A stretch of DNA of 64,000 nucleotides, from positions 180,721 to 244,720 of the forward strand of contig CM119271.1 of the NCBI GenBank assembly GCA_051294375.1. The letters are read 5' to 3'. The DNA is from Paraspadella gotoi. Lineage: Eukaryota; Animalia; Chaetognatha. Positions 36,601 to 49,445 of the stretch are shown in pieces. The position numbers and the translations under genes were made by a program. Below the pieces are notes generated by a model. It was not told where the DNA came from and searched no databases. It was given only the letters and a program-made list of their open reading frames with translations. The first letter of the stretch is position 1. Each line of letters opens with the position of its first letter.

Positions 36601-39497
36601 ATGAAGTAAAGTGAAATAAAATAATAATATAATATATTTTTAAAAAATATTATTCTGATTGATATTTAGATATTTAGAAAAAAAATCCACGAAAATCTCG
36701 GATGTAAATTTAGGAATAAATGGCAATAATAAAAGTTTTAGAAGGAAAAAATTAATCAGAGAGAGAGAAGAGAGGAAGGAAGAAAAAAAGCCAAATTGTT
36801 TTAAGCAGAGGCACCCAGAAAAGAAAAAAATCAAAAGCAGCAGCAGAAGCAGCAGGAGAAAGAGAGAAAAAGAAAGAGCCCCTGCAGAGCAGCTGCAGAG
36901 AAAAAAATCAAATGCAGCAGCAGAAGCAGCAGGAGAAAAGAGAAAAAGAATAAGCCCTGCAGAGCCAGCTGCGGACTCGTTTTTTTTCCCTTTCTCTATG
37001 AATCAGTGACAGGGAAAAGAGAGAGGGAGAGAGACATGTAATTAAAAGAGAAGAGAGAGAGAGAAAAGAAATATAAAAATAAAACAGAAAATTTGTTTTG
37101 ATAAAATATAAACAAAACATATTTAATAACTGTCCAGACTCAATTTTAAGCACATTGATGATGAGAAGCTGTATATAAATTTTTAGCTTCATACACCAAA
37201 TTTAATTATAAACAGGCGATCTATAATTTGGAACGCCGACGACGACGACGACGCCGCACTTATGCGCAAAAGTGTTACAATATCATCGCAAACGCTTAGC
37301 GATTGCGACGATAAAAACAATTTAAATATTTTAATCATCGGTTAAAATGCTAAAATTTATTTTCAATACTATGCTCGAATGTTCATCAAAAAGAATTTAT
37401 CAAAGAAAAAATCGTATTAACAAAAACCAAAACAAATTATAAAAAAAATACTAATGTTGGAGTTGGTAAAGTGAGTTAAGCGGAATTAAATTTTATAAAT
37501 AAAATTTTTTGTTCCCGTAATTTTAAAAAGGGACATTTCTTTGCTCTTCTGAATTTTATGCAAAATGTTAGCCTTTTTCAGCGAGACAATGAGAGAGAAA
37601 GAGAAGATGTATAGAGAGAATTCTTGACTAGATTGAGAGAGGCAAATTAAAGGAATTGAAATTCAGTACAGTAAAAACATTTAGTTAATGTAAATAAGTA
37701 AGCAGAAACGTGATTAAAATGCTTAACTATGAAATAATAAATAATTATATTGTTAATAAATAACATTGAAATAAATGAAAGCGAAGGTGAAAATAGAAAG
37801 TTGAAAGTTTATATTTTTTAATATGGTAAAATATAAGAAGAAGAAAGAGCTCTCTCTCTCTCTCTTTTTTCTCTCTCTCTCATAATCATGAAATTGTCAC
37901 TTATAATATATGTATCACTGAAATTGTAACATACTCAATATAACATAAGTCTTATTCATGCTCTCACAGTCCATTCATGATACTTTAAAGAAGTGATAAA
38001 GAGTTTTTACCATCTTAAGTATATCGGTACTTGCTCGACTAGCATCAATAAGAGCTGATTGCAATGCACCATTAAACCACTAAAAGCTATTGCCTGACTT
38101 GACAGGTTTGTTTTAAGGCCTCCATCACTCTTACAAATAATTCATAGCAGGTCCTTGCAAGCTTTCAATCAAGACTCTCTCACAGTCCTTTATTCACTCC
38201 CAGAGTACCTGGCTTCCCTATCAATGAAGTGGAAAATATTTCAAAGAATATTTCAATTGTATGAAAAGACCACTCCCTTAAGTATTAGATCGGGAATACT
38301 TATTGTTGTACAATCTATATCTGCAGCTGAAGAAGGCGAACACCTAGCCGAAACAAGGGTTTTTTTTAATCAAATAAATTTGTGGTTTGAATTTTAAAAT
38401 TATTTTTCACTTTATACTTATACAATCTAAAATAGGGAAAATTATTTTTAATATTTTAATTATTTTTAATATTAATCGTGATTAACCGTTAACGTTTAAT
38501 CGGTTAAAACACCTAGAGAAGTCGAGAGAAAAACGATGCTCTCAGAGGCAACAGCGCTCCCTCTAAAAAGATTAAACTGCAGCTCAGTCTCAGCCAGCGC
38601 CGAGTTTAGAATAAGAAAAAATTCAATAATTTGAGACCGACAAATTTCGATCTTCGATCCATAAGTTAATGGCTTATCAATTATTAATGTAAAAATTTTA
38701 AAGTATAGTGATCTCGCCAGACGTTGTTACTATAAAAGAAAATTAATGATAAAAAGCCGAAAAAAAAATGATTATGCGATTACGAAATTATTGATGTAAT
38801 AATAATTTATTGATTGATGTAATAATAATAATTGATTGATGTAATAATAATTGATTAATTGATGTAATAATAATTGATTGATTGATGTAATAGTAATTGA
38901 TGATGAAATAGATGTGGTGAAGCGATTGATATGTAACCAATTATTGATGCGATAATAACCAATTATTGATACGATGATAACCAAATATTGATACAATGAT
39001 AACCAAATATTAATGCGATGATAGTCATTCATTGACGCGATGAGTCATTCATTGATGCGATGAGTCATTCATTGATGCGATGAGTCCATTCATCATAAAT
39101 AAAACATGCTGTATGAGCGAGAGAGAGAAAGAGAGAGAGAAGCTGGACAGCCGCTGCAGAGCTGAACTCGTTTTTAGACCAATCAGAAGAAGCATCGATG
39201 GGAAAAAAGAGAGAGATAGCGACATACTATCTAGAAAAAAAGTATAGAACATTTTTAATAAAGGATATCAATTCGAAAACTTGTTTAAATCAGAATGTTT
39301 CCGGATCTACATTAAATTTTTTTTCAGTAGCTTCCTTCCATTTTTTTGTAGGTCAAATCGTTTAGAAGTATAGGCCAAAAATATTGTTACTTCAAATGAA
39401 AAATGTTTAAAAAAATCACATTTTTGTATTTAATTATATTTTAATTTCAAATAATTATTTTTTTATTTTTTTTTAAGTTGGCAACGCTAAAAGCCTT
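33607..39497. repeat. Near-identical tandem copy of 27931-33581 with frameshifted exon copies; probable assembly or haplotype artefact
   Basis: Collinear match from acttt(g)ccactaaagga to ctaaaagcctt across the 25-N gap 33582-33606; many single-base deletions. Confidence 0.9.
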
Positions 39498-40141
39498 GTA
39501 CCTTTTCTTAGTTCAAAAAAATGCTATTATGCCTTTTAAAAAAGAGGGAAAGACATGCGACATCAACATCAGGTCTGAAAAAAATTGCGTTAAAGATGTG
39601 GAAAAACATTTTACTGTCATACCTCAATTTTCTGTATGAGAACATGCCCAGACTAATGCAAGTAGTAATCGATGCCAAGAAAGGGCATACCAAATATTGA
39701 GAATGTTTTACCAATGTTCTGTATACTTTTTATTGAATAAATGTTATATATATGTTATATACTTCTTTCCTAGATAGTATAATTAAAAGAGAGAAAGAAA
39801 ATTTGCGATGGTAAAGAAGTATAATGACGACGACGATGCCGGCGACAACGACGACTACGGTCAGAGGCAAACCAAAATCAAAATCTGGCGAGATAAAAAC
39901 CGTTTTAATTACTTTATTCGAATTTATATTCGATCCAGGAATCTAGAGGGAAAAAAAATAAAAAACAGAAAGTCGCTCGCAATAAAATAAGAAAAGAATT
40001 ACCACTAGTAAAATTTGGGCTCTCTTCTTAAGGAAAATTAGGAATTTAAAGAATTCTTTATTTATAATTTATTCTCAGACTTAGCGGTAATAAAACTTTG
40101 AAACATTGGACATTAAATAATCTTTTCGAGGCTAAACTTAC

Positions 40142-40261
40142 CCAGAAGCGGCGTCGTCGCCGATGATGGCGGAGTCTCCGGCGGCGTCGGCGGCGCGTAC
40201 CGCAGCCATGTCCGACGCGGACAACCCACTTCCGCCTCCGGAAGTCGATTTCGTGGGGAAG
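40142..40261 (-). CDS. Gene X exon (FPTKSTSGGGSGLSASDMAAVRAADAAGDSAIIGDDAASG)
   Basis: AAG acceptor, GTAAGT donor, 120 nt, phase 2-2. Confidence 0.7.
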
Positions 40262-41384
40262 CTTTGAGGGTTGAAGATTTGTGGATCGAAGGGTGGTTGA
40301 TGTCGTGGGTTGTAGCAAGAAAGAGAAATTGGGAATAAATAGGGTGAAGAAATTAACGCTTAGGCTTACTCGACAAAATAGACATAAATATCCGGCACTT
40401 TATAAGTTCCGACGGTTGATCGTCCCAAGAAATACTCTTTGCGCGAGGCAACAAGAGTATTTCGACTTAGATAACTCGTTAACCGTATTCACTTGTTCGT
40501 GAAAAGTGCAATAATTTAAAGTGAAACGTGTGAAAGTGAAAATTGAATTTTTTTTTCTAGATTGAAATCTCCCGATTGATTTCGATCATTCTTTTATAAA
40601 TAAATAATATAAATAACATCCAGATATTCGAGGGAAAAAAGGTGCGGTTGAAAAAAATTGTCTTCTAAATAATATCACTTCCTGCGCACATTTCGTCAAG
40701 GCAAGAAGAATCACACTTTTGGTTTATTACGAAACCCGAAATTGAACTTTTATATGAGGTGACTCCTTCAACGTACGCATCAGGTAAACAAAACTACTAT
40801 ATAGTGAAAAATATCTTGTAAATAAAGTTAAACAGTCAATGACGGTAGTTTAGTCGGGTCAATTTAAAAACTTGTTTTTCGTTTATCGTCGAAGTAAATT
40901 AAACTTTGAGGTACCTTCTACCGGTTGGAGAGCTGAAGAGACTAGGGAAAGAAATTTATCGAATTTAAAAAAAACGGGGAAAAATTGAGATGTCGTAAAG
41001 ACCGTGGGTGAGACAGAGTCCTATTGAATCACGCACAACATTCTCACTTTCTTCGGTCACAAAAGCGGACGAAAAATAAAAATACATATGTCGTGAGAAA
41101 ATATTCACGAGGTAGAAAATGTGAAAGCGGAGGCGTTGTTTTCATTAAGCTGGTTAGAAATAAAAACTAATGCAGTGGAGTAAAAGCGAAAAGTCGCATG
41201 AGAAACGATAAAAGCATTTGAAAATAGGAATCACCGTCGACGCAACACGCGCGCACTTAATACGTATTGAATAATTGATGAGTGAGAAAATCCCCCACTT
41301 TTGACTATCCCCCCAAATTATTCCCCACGACGCTGCCGCCGGCGGAGAAGCCCTCTTCCCCCTCCCCAGACCCGGGCTGCCAAC

Positions 41385-41504
41385 CTCAAGGATTCCTTGA
41401 GCCTCTTCTGTTGGTCGTTCTCGGTGGCGGCGCGAGGTGTGTCCTCGTCGTCGCTGGAGTCGGCCGCCGCGCTGGCGATCTTCGACTTCTTACCTCTCCT
41501 CTTA
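41385..41504 (-). CDS. Gene X exon, basic/acidic module copy 1 (KRRGKKSKIASAAADSSDDEDTPRAATENDQQKRLKESL)
   Basis: catCAG acceptor, AG|GTTGGC donor, phase 2-2; paralogous to 30302-30424. Confidence 0.75.
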
Positions 41505-41974
41505 CTGATGATGATGATGATAATAGGGGTTGATAATGATAGGTATTATATGAGTGATGATGATGGCGATGACAGGGGTGATAATGATGATGGCGATATT
41601 AGGATGATGATGATGATGTCGAGGGTTTATAAGTAGCGGGGTAGCGTGCGGGTTTTTTTTTTACGGGGGAAGGGGGGAAAGTGGGGAAGGGAAGAGGAGA
41701 GAGAGAGACATGGGGGGATGCGAGCGTATGGAGGGGAGCAAAATAAAATAAAACAAGCGGGGAAGAAAAGCAAAATCGTTTAAAGACAAGCGATATGATT
41801 GGTTGGTCGCGTAAAAATGCGAAAAATAACAGCTTAATTGCCATAATCTATTTTTCTTTACTAAAAACAATCTTTGAATTGATTAACATTTAAAAAAAAA
41901 CTGAAACGTTCTATTAACAACAATTAAATAGTAAAAATTAATTTGCACGATTAATTAAAAAAGGATGGACTCAC

Positions 41975-42147
41975 CCCGTGCCTCCATCTTCGGCAAAGAC
42001 GGAATCCGCCATTTGCGACGGTGTAGAGGGAGGAGGGTGTAGAGGGGGGCGGAGAGAGAAGTTTCCGCGAGCGCTCTTGCGAAGAAGGTGGGCGCTGGGA
42101 CGAGGTCGTCGAGGGGGGGCGACTTTCTTCGCGATATCAGGGGGTCC
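41975..42147 (-). CDS. Gene X 5'-most exon found; candidate start MADSVFAEDGGTG at ATG 42012
   Basis: GTGAGT donor in phase 2; frame open up to the caaCAG at 42148. Confidence 0.6.
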
Positions 42148-43407
42148 CTGTTGTTTTTTGTTTGTTTTTTTTTTGGTTTTTTTGGGGTTTTTTTTTTGTC
42201 CTTGTTTGGGTTTTTTGTTTTAATGTAATCCGAATCTTTATGTTTGAAAGGACAACGGGGCCGATTCGTCGAGGGAGAAAACAATTTTTGTTGTCTTTTT
42301 TTTCGAAGCTTGAAACTTTTGTTCTAAGTTATACTTTTTTTTAAAACTTGTAAACTGGGTTTTCTTCTCTAGGTAAAAATGAAAACAAAATGGTAACGAT
42401 TAACGAATATAAGAATCATATTGCATAAATGTCATATTTTGTTATCATACAATATGACTTACATAGTTTGGTAACCCCCTCCGCCAGGTGAAAACCATAG
42501 CACTTCAACAATTTTAGAGTACATACATAATCATAACAATGGCAACTAAAAAATGGAATTAAATTTTTAAGCAAGCACAAAAAGTTAAACGGTTGTATAA
42601 TGTATATTTTAATGCGTTCTGGAATAAGTCGTATATTGAGTACCATTTGAGGTTAGACAAAGAAATAGGGTGCGTTTTCAAATAATTAATCTTTTAGACG
42701 AAGAGGTGGGAGTATATTAAGTAATATCTACTTAAAGAGTAATGAATACCACTAAAAAGCATCCAAAAGACGGTGATATGAAAGAAAAACAGAAATGTCT
42801 CCGACGTTTAAAATCACGAAAACCTCTTTTACCAATACTCTTTTTAGCTCGCGCACATGTAAACTGCGCATGCAAACGAATATATATGCACACATGTAAA
42901 CCGTGCATGCATTGGTTACAAAACGAAAAAGAAAAAGACACCATCGTGAAAGTTGTAATAAAATTAATGATCAATAATGAACTGATCAACGTCTAAACAA
43001 GAAGAGAATATTTGCGCTAATTTAGCGAAAAGTAAAAAAGTCCGTTCAAGCATTGAGTAAGTGAATTAAATCTTATAACTGCTATATAATAACGAGGCGA
43101 CTATGAAGTTTCTGTATCACGGTATTTAGCGATTTTATTTTTTTTAAGTATTTCTTTTAAAGTATGGTGCGGAAGATATAATATTTGTTCGCGAGCACTT
43201 ATAGTCTTATTTTGTCAGTCTTCAAAGTGGTTTTGAAATTGTGTATTAGAGGATCATTTCATGTTGATCTGATTTCATCATTCCTATGTATTTCATTATG
43301 GAAATCTCGTACACGAAAAACGTTTTTTTGCTCGTTGCATGGGAAGATTGAAAAGATTATCGCTCCCTTAAAGATTCGCATCTCTTGTTGAGCTTGGGTC
43401 GAGAGTT

Positions 43408-43512
43408 TCATTTCCTTAAAACGTTGTAGCTTCGCAAGACCATCCTCGTTCGGCCCATTTCTTTTTCCACGACGTCTAATCGATTCTCAAGACTCTCCCG
43501 TTCCAATCGCGC
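43408..43512 (-). CDS. MPHOSPH9: MPHOSPH9-like terminal exon (ARLERESLENRLDVVEKEMGRTRMVLRSYNVLRK*)
   Basis: ttttCAG acceptor, phase 0, TGA stop; resembles the MPHOSPH9 C-terminus (..EALEDRLERINRELGSVRMTLKKFHVLR, recalled). Confidence 0.85.
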   Translation of the reverse strand, partial: ARLERESLENRLDVVEKEMGRTRMVLRSYNVLRK

Positions 43513-44820
43513 CTGAAAATGAAAACGTGAAATGGAAACGGTATTTTCCGTTGATACTGCCAACTACGTCAAATAAATACCGAGAAAAACGAAGTAATTG
43601 AATATTATATTATTATGCTAGGGGTAGCCCCACTCAATGGGGTGAGATAAAATTTTAGAGCGAGTACATGCTTAATCGAAAATTTATACATTTTTAAGTA
43701 TACTTTAAATGGACAAAACATTTATTTATGGCTCTATACCCAAGTAATTATTTTTTTTTAATATTTATTTTTAAAAAGTTTGAAATGATTCAACAACGAT
43801 TTATTTGTTGAATTATTTAAAACTTTTTCTCAATATATAACACAACGTAAGAAAGGATTTCACATAATATTCATTTATAGATAGGAAAGTCCAAAAGTTT
43901 TTTTGAGAATTATTAAATTTTAAAATCAGATTCAGATAGCTCATAAAAAGTTGTTAACACAAAGTATAATTCTTTTTTAAATATTTTTTTGATAAGTGAG
44001 ACAAAAATAAAAACTGTAAATAAATCATCATCATCATCATCATCATCATCTTTCGACGATTTTATCAGTTTTTTATATTTTCACTTAGAAAATGTAAAAA
44101 TTTTAAAAGCTGTAATTATATTTTTTGTTTAACTTTTTATGCTCTATCAGAATCCATAAAAAGATTTTAAGATTTAAATTTTTTCTTTCTTTAAATAATA
44201 ATATAATAATTTTATTTAGGCTAGTACCCTCAGAAAAAAACATTTTTGACAAAAAATATTTTAATACATATAATACCATAATCTGTGATCATTAGGGCGT
44301 AGTGAAAGTTGTACATCAAAATTCGAATAGTTAATCATGAACAGTCTTGGACTAATGAACATTGATGTATAATTTTTTTTAAATTTTTTTTAATTTTTGC
44401 ATACGCCCATATTTATACATAGTACTCGCTACTCACCATAGAAAATATCAAAATTTTAAAATAATTTTTAGTTTTGAAAGCAGATTCGAATTCCTCATAA
44501 AAAGTTGATAAAAGAAAATATAAGTCTTAATTAAAAATTATTTCATTAAGTAAGCCAAAAATTCAAAAAACTATATCTTTTATACTAAAATTTCAAAATA
44601 GGTTAATAATATTAGTTTTTTAGGATTTTGACCCACTTGCACTTAATGAAATAACAAAACAGGACCAACGTCAAGGACAAGATAGATTCTTTCTTATATG
44701 AACGAATAATAATAATATTATCAGAGTCAAAACAATCTAATTTATCTTTCAGTTAAAAAAAGAAAAAGCTGAGTTAAAATTGAGAAGATTGACACGGATA
44801 TTAAACTTGAAAGAGAATTA

Positions 44821-45316
44821 CAGGGACTTCAATCTGGAGCGATACGAAAAGATTTGATTAAACAATTCTTTTACTGTATATTATTTTTATGACATTTATT
44901 CGTTAGAAAATTACTTGACGTTTATGTTGACCTAAAAAAATGTTCAAATTTCTTAATATTATAATCTATATGGCTCTCAAGCGCGGATTTTAAGTTTTTA
45001 AAAATTTTAAAAGTATTAACTCTGATTGTTAAGTTATCTGACATAAAAATTTAAAAAATTGGTGATAAAAAGTCAGTTTGGTGATTTGTTATTATAAAAA
45101 AAAAATTATCATGTAAAACCTAACTTAGTTACTATGGTAACTATTATTTACCAACAAAGTCGTCTTTTTTAATTTTTTAGATTTTTAGATTTACCCTCTG
45201 AGGAAAATGTTTATAACATAACTATCCTAGCTAGAATGTTACCAATTGGTAGGAAAAAAAGTCAAATATATATATTATATTACATTTTTTTCGTATCTGT
45301 CAGATTGAAGTCCCTG
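44821..45316. mobile_element. Tc1/mariner-type MITE
   Basis: TIR cagggacttcaatctg..gatacgaaaa / ttttcgtatc..cagattgaagtccctg, flanked by TA on both sides. Confidence 0.8.
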
Positions 45317-46027
45317 TAATAGGTACCAAAAAAAAATGAAAACGAAATTTTAAATATGAAATGGGATTTAAGGCCGTTCGATTGTTTAAATGAAGCGAAG
45401 CAAATCGACGTGCAGGAGATGCCGACACGACACTATTTGTCCCCCCAAACCCAAAAAAAAAGAGAAAAAATACTTGGTGAACAAAAAAAAATAAAAAATC
45501 AAAATTGAAAACATGGAACGCAGAATCTCGAGTTTTAAAAAAAATAATTTTTTTCGGTTTGAATTAAAAAATTAAGAAATTTCAACGATTAATAACTTTT
45601 TCTCGTGAAACAGGTTTTTGGTTCATGGACGCCTTTTCTCTTTATCTCTCGTAATCACCGGCGGGTGACCCAAATAATATCGACCCATCGGGATTGAATC
45701 GGATCGAGGGCTGACAAGGCATCAAAATTTACTCAGAGAAACGCGCCCAAGGCCAAGAGGCCAAAACTAAATCATGTAAATTTTCAAGCGTCCCTTATCA
45801 CGATGATCTAAATTCATTCATTTATACATTATTCCTGGTCAACCAATGGTCAGAGACGGTCAGCCACCACACACCCGCCCAATTCGCCCACTACGCACCA
45901 CCCCGCTTGTATAGAGAGACCTCCAGGTTAAACTCCCGCTCTCCTCCGGACCCACCAATCCCGCTCCACTCTCCAGCCCCACTTGACCGTTCCACTCAGT
46001 CGCTCCACTAGCCCCCCTCCAACAGAC

Positions 46028-46152
46028 CTGCCTGGAGACGATGCCGGACGAGAATTTGGCGCTGTGTCTCGACGCGGAGGCGGGGAGGCGACTCAGGCAA
46101 CTCTCGAGCCTTCCTTTCTCCTTCGCCAAAGAGTCTAGCTTCTCTTCGTACT
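46028..46152 (-). CDS. MPHOSPH9: MPHOSPH9-like exon (EYEEKLDSLAKEKGRLESCLSRLP...IVSRQ)
   Basis: ttttaCAG acceptor, CAG|GTCTGT donor, phase 1-0; L.KEK..LE..LSR.P motif. Confidence 0.85.
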
Positions 46153-48636
46153 CTGTAAAAATAAGTTTTAATAATTATTTACGATTATTATTGCAGATTA
46201 TTCTAATTCGTCGCAGTCGGATATATAATATTATATATTCAAAGTAACATCTTTCATTTAAAATAATCAACTTCAACCAAACTTATATGACAAGAAATAA
46301 CTACATACCGTTATATTAAAGTGAAAAATTCAGCGAAGTCTGTTTATCAGCGTGAGGGAACTTACCAAATGCCTCAAGGCTCAAAAAAAAAATCTTAAAA
46401 GTATAGTCTTTCCTTGATGTGATGATAGTCATTCACTGATGCGATGATAGTCATTCATTGATGCGGTGATAGTCATTCACTGATGCGATGACAGTCATTC
46501 ACTGATGCGATGACAGTCATTCACTGATGCGATGATAAGCATTCATTGATGCGATGACAGTCATTTATTGATGTGATGAATCATTCATCTTAAATAAAAG
46601 AAACAATTTCGTGTATGAGAGAGAGAAAGAGAGAGAAAGAAAGAGAAAAAGAGAAGTCCAATCGCTGCAGAACTGAACTCGTTTTTAAACGAATCAGAAG
46701 AGGCAGCGCCTGACAATTCTTTTTTTATTAATACCGAAAACTGTATTGACAAAATCAGAAACAGTATCAGGGTAAAAGACTAGAAAACAGTAAACAAATA
46801 AAAACTAAAATATTAAAATTCAACAAAAGACTAACATTTAAATGGACGCATGAATAAAATGTTATGAACTAATTCATAAGATACTATAAAATTTCATACA
46901 ATTGAAACATTCTTTGAAATATTTTCTACTTCATTGATAGGGAAGCCAGGTACTCCGGGAGTGAATAAATGAGACTGTGTGAGAGTCTTGATTGAAACCT
47001 TGCAGGGACCTGCTATGTCATTAAAGATAAGAATTAAGGATAAAGACTAATTATAAAGATTGATAAATAAATTTTTAAATATATTTAAATTAAATATTAA
47101 GGTTAAAATTAATTTTTTGTAACAGGCGAAAAGAAAGAGGGCACTCTCGGAAAAGAGCCGAAATTTTTTTCCCCTCACATCGTGGATCGATCGAGAATGA
47201 TGATCGATGGCCTTTTTAATTGTATTGATGAGTCAACTCGGTCTGCGTCAATCAGCTAAACTTTCTCAATTTCGCCTTTCTCTTCTTCTTCACATATGAA
47301 AAGGATGCAGCAAACTCGTCCACAAATCTCTCTTCAGGATTCGCGATGCCCTTGTTTATTACAGACTCACGACTCGTTTCAATATTTGGCTGTTTAATCA
47401 TCATCTTGTTTATATTAAAGATATGCAGGTTTTAGATTCACTTAAGATTAATAATTAGCTAATTTAGTAAATGAAATACTCAGGAATTTGAAGAAAAAAA
47501 TAGGAAAACCTCACTAGATATTTACAAGATGTAATCCTCAAAATCATTTTCAGAGAGAGAAAAACGACGATAACAAAAAGAGAGAAGACAATAATAACAA
47601 AATAATGAGAGTCAAAACGAATCAAAGTGTGTAGGTCTCTTAATTATTTGACTTGAGGTCGTAGGTCACGATTATAGTAAGTTCGTTAAAAGTTCGTTTA
47701 AGAGTCGTTTTTGTTGTTGTTGTTCCTATCATTTGTGTTGTTACCAAACTCTTTTTTTTATCGTTGTATAGCTTATGCTTCCGATTACTTTTTGTTCGCA
47801 CTACAATTATAGGTTCATTTTGTCTCATGATCCTCCGTCTGTTCATTGTAGGTTCAGTATCCAAATCTAAACTAGGTCATATGAGTTTGCTTCCCAAGCC
47901 GAAGATAGTTGCAATTGGCATCACCCGAATTACCCGCCTCCCGTATTATCTCCTTTGAGGCTTTGTTTGAGGCATGCTCCTTCGGATGGATGTCATTGTT
48001 CAACTCCTTAGTCCTTACACTTAGAACTCGTCAAGCTTTCATTTTTTTTTTTCTTTCTTTCTCTCTCTCTCTCTCTCTCGTCCGCCGAGTAAAAAATCTC
48101 AGTCGAAACAATTATTCTTTATGACGGAAATTCTGGTTACAACAAAACGAGTTCCGTTTGATCAGATTAAGAGAAATAAGATGAGAGGCGCCCCCCCTTT
48201 CTCTCTCTTTCTCTCTGGCTGCTCTCGAGATTTCGCAATGGCGAGATTCGTATAAAAAACCAAATCCTGGGTTTGAGTTTCTCTTTTTTTTTACCTTTTT
48301 TAAAACTTTCCGCGGCTCTAAATGTTTTCCTTATTTCCACATTCTAATTATGCTTGCATGTTTTAAACATTTTCGTAAACTAATTTTTCAAATGAACTCG
48401 AAATTAAGGGAACTTGGGTTAATGCGATTTTCTCTTCACAAAACATTTTAACTGAAACGACGTAAAAATTTCCTTCCCAAAAAAAATTCCGAAAAATTTG
48501 AAATAAAATGTTTGGTTTTTTAAAAAGTTTTCTTTCTTTTCCGAGATCCTCAACTCTTTGGGAATAAGCAGCAGTGACACTTCTCCCCCCTCCTCCCCCC
48601 CTCAAACGCCCCCCCCCTTCGCTTTAAAAAACTCAC

Positions 48637-48968
48637 CTGAAATGAGAAGGAGATGATCGTCGATGGAAATCCCGAGATCGCGACGAGCGCCGGAATCCCG
48701 ATCGGCGCCGGAATCGCGACCGGACGTCGGCGTCCTCGTCCCTCTCGACCGCGCGTCGTGGTCGTGCCGGCGGTGAGGTTCGCTCACGCTGCGTTGATGC
48801 GGCTGCTGCTGCTGCAGCTGTACCGGGGCCGTCTGGTTGGGATGATGCCGGCGTCGTCGACAGGGCAAGTCTCTGGGACCGGCGTCGTCGGCACGCATTT
48901 GCGGCGGCGGCGACGTCGTCGACGACGAGGCCTTGCCAGAAACGGAAAATGGACGACGAGTCGACGAC
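48637..48968 (-). CDS. MPHOSPH9: MPHOSPH9-like exon, disordered region ending DDHLLLIS
   Basis: TAG acceptor, GTGAGT donor, phase 2-1. Confidence 0.7.
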
Positions 48969-49293
48969 CTATTTGGGGGGGGGGAATTTTGAGGCTTCGT
49001 TCACGAGTGCAAATTGGTCGTCGTCGTCGTTAACACATGTTCGATCGATCCTCAGCGAGGCGAAGTGGATTTTTACTATCATTATTTTATTATTATCATT
49101 TTATCGTTGACGTTGAGTAAAGTAACGAGTGTAATTAATAAGTGAAGGCAAATATTTGGTTGACAATAGTTTTATTAACGACGGACAATGATTAATGTGA
49201 TGATAAAGGTAATGACGACATGATGACAAAGGTTACGACAAAGGTGAAGACAATAATTATAATTCAAAATATAATTTGAAGAAGAGTTTGGAA

Positions 49294-49445
49294 GTTGAGG
49301 AGAGTGCCTCGAGATGTTGAGGAGAGTGCCTGGAGATGTTGAGGAGAGTGCCTCGAGATGTTGAGGAGAGTGCTTCGAGATGTTGAGGAGAGTGCCTCGA
49401 GATGTTGAGGAGAGTGCTCGAGATGTTGAGGAGAGTGACTCGAGA
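49294..49445. repeat. 22-bp minisatellite gttgaggagagtgcctcgagat, ~7 units; remnant at 50385-50424
   Basis: Directly visible tandem units. Confidence 0.9.

Larger units (their letters stand above)
2139..42147 (-). other. Gene span of a large uncharacterised multi-exon gene (gene X): disordered N-terminal half, giant charged-helix exons, Ser/Gly-rich tail
   Basis: About 24 GC-rich or long-ORF exons with GT/AG ends chain in consistent phase. The join between the 19832 and 17217 exons relies on a weak CAG|GTGCCC donor, so two separate genes remain possible. Confidence 0.6.

Noticed and set aside
46960-47010. CTGTG..GAAA motif in the SINE-like repeat as a hammerhead
   Set aside because: Lacks the CUGANGA box and a workable stem II
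47870-48030. Short minus-strand open frame (NDIHPKEHASNK...)
   Set aside because: No convincing splice sites, and the neighbouring exons already join in phase
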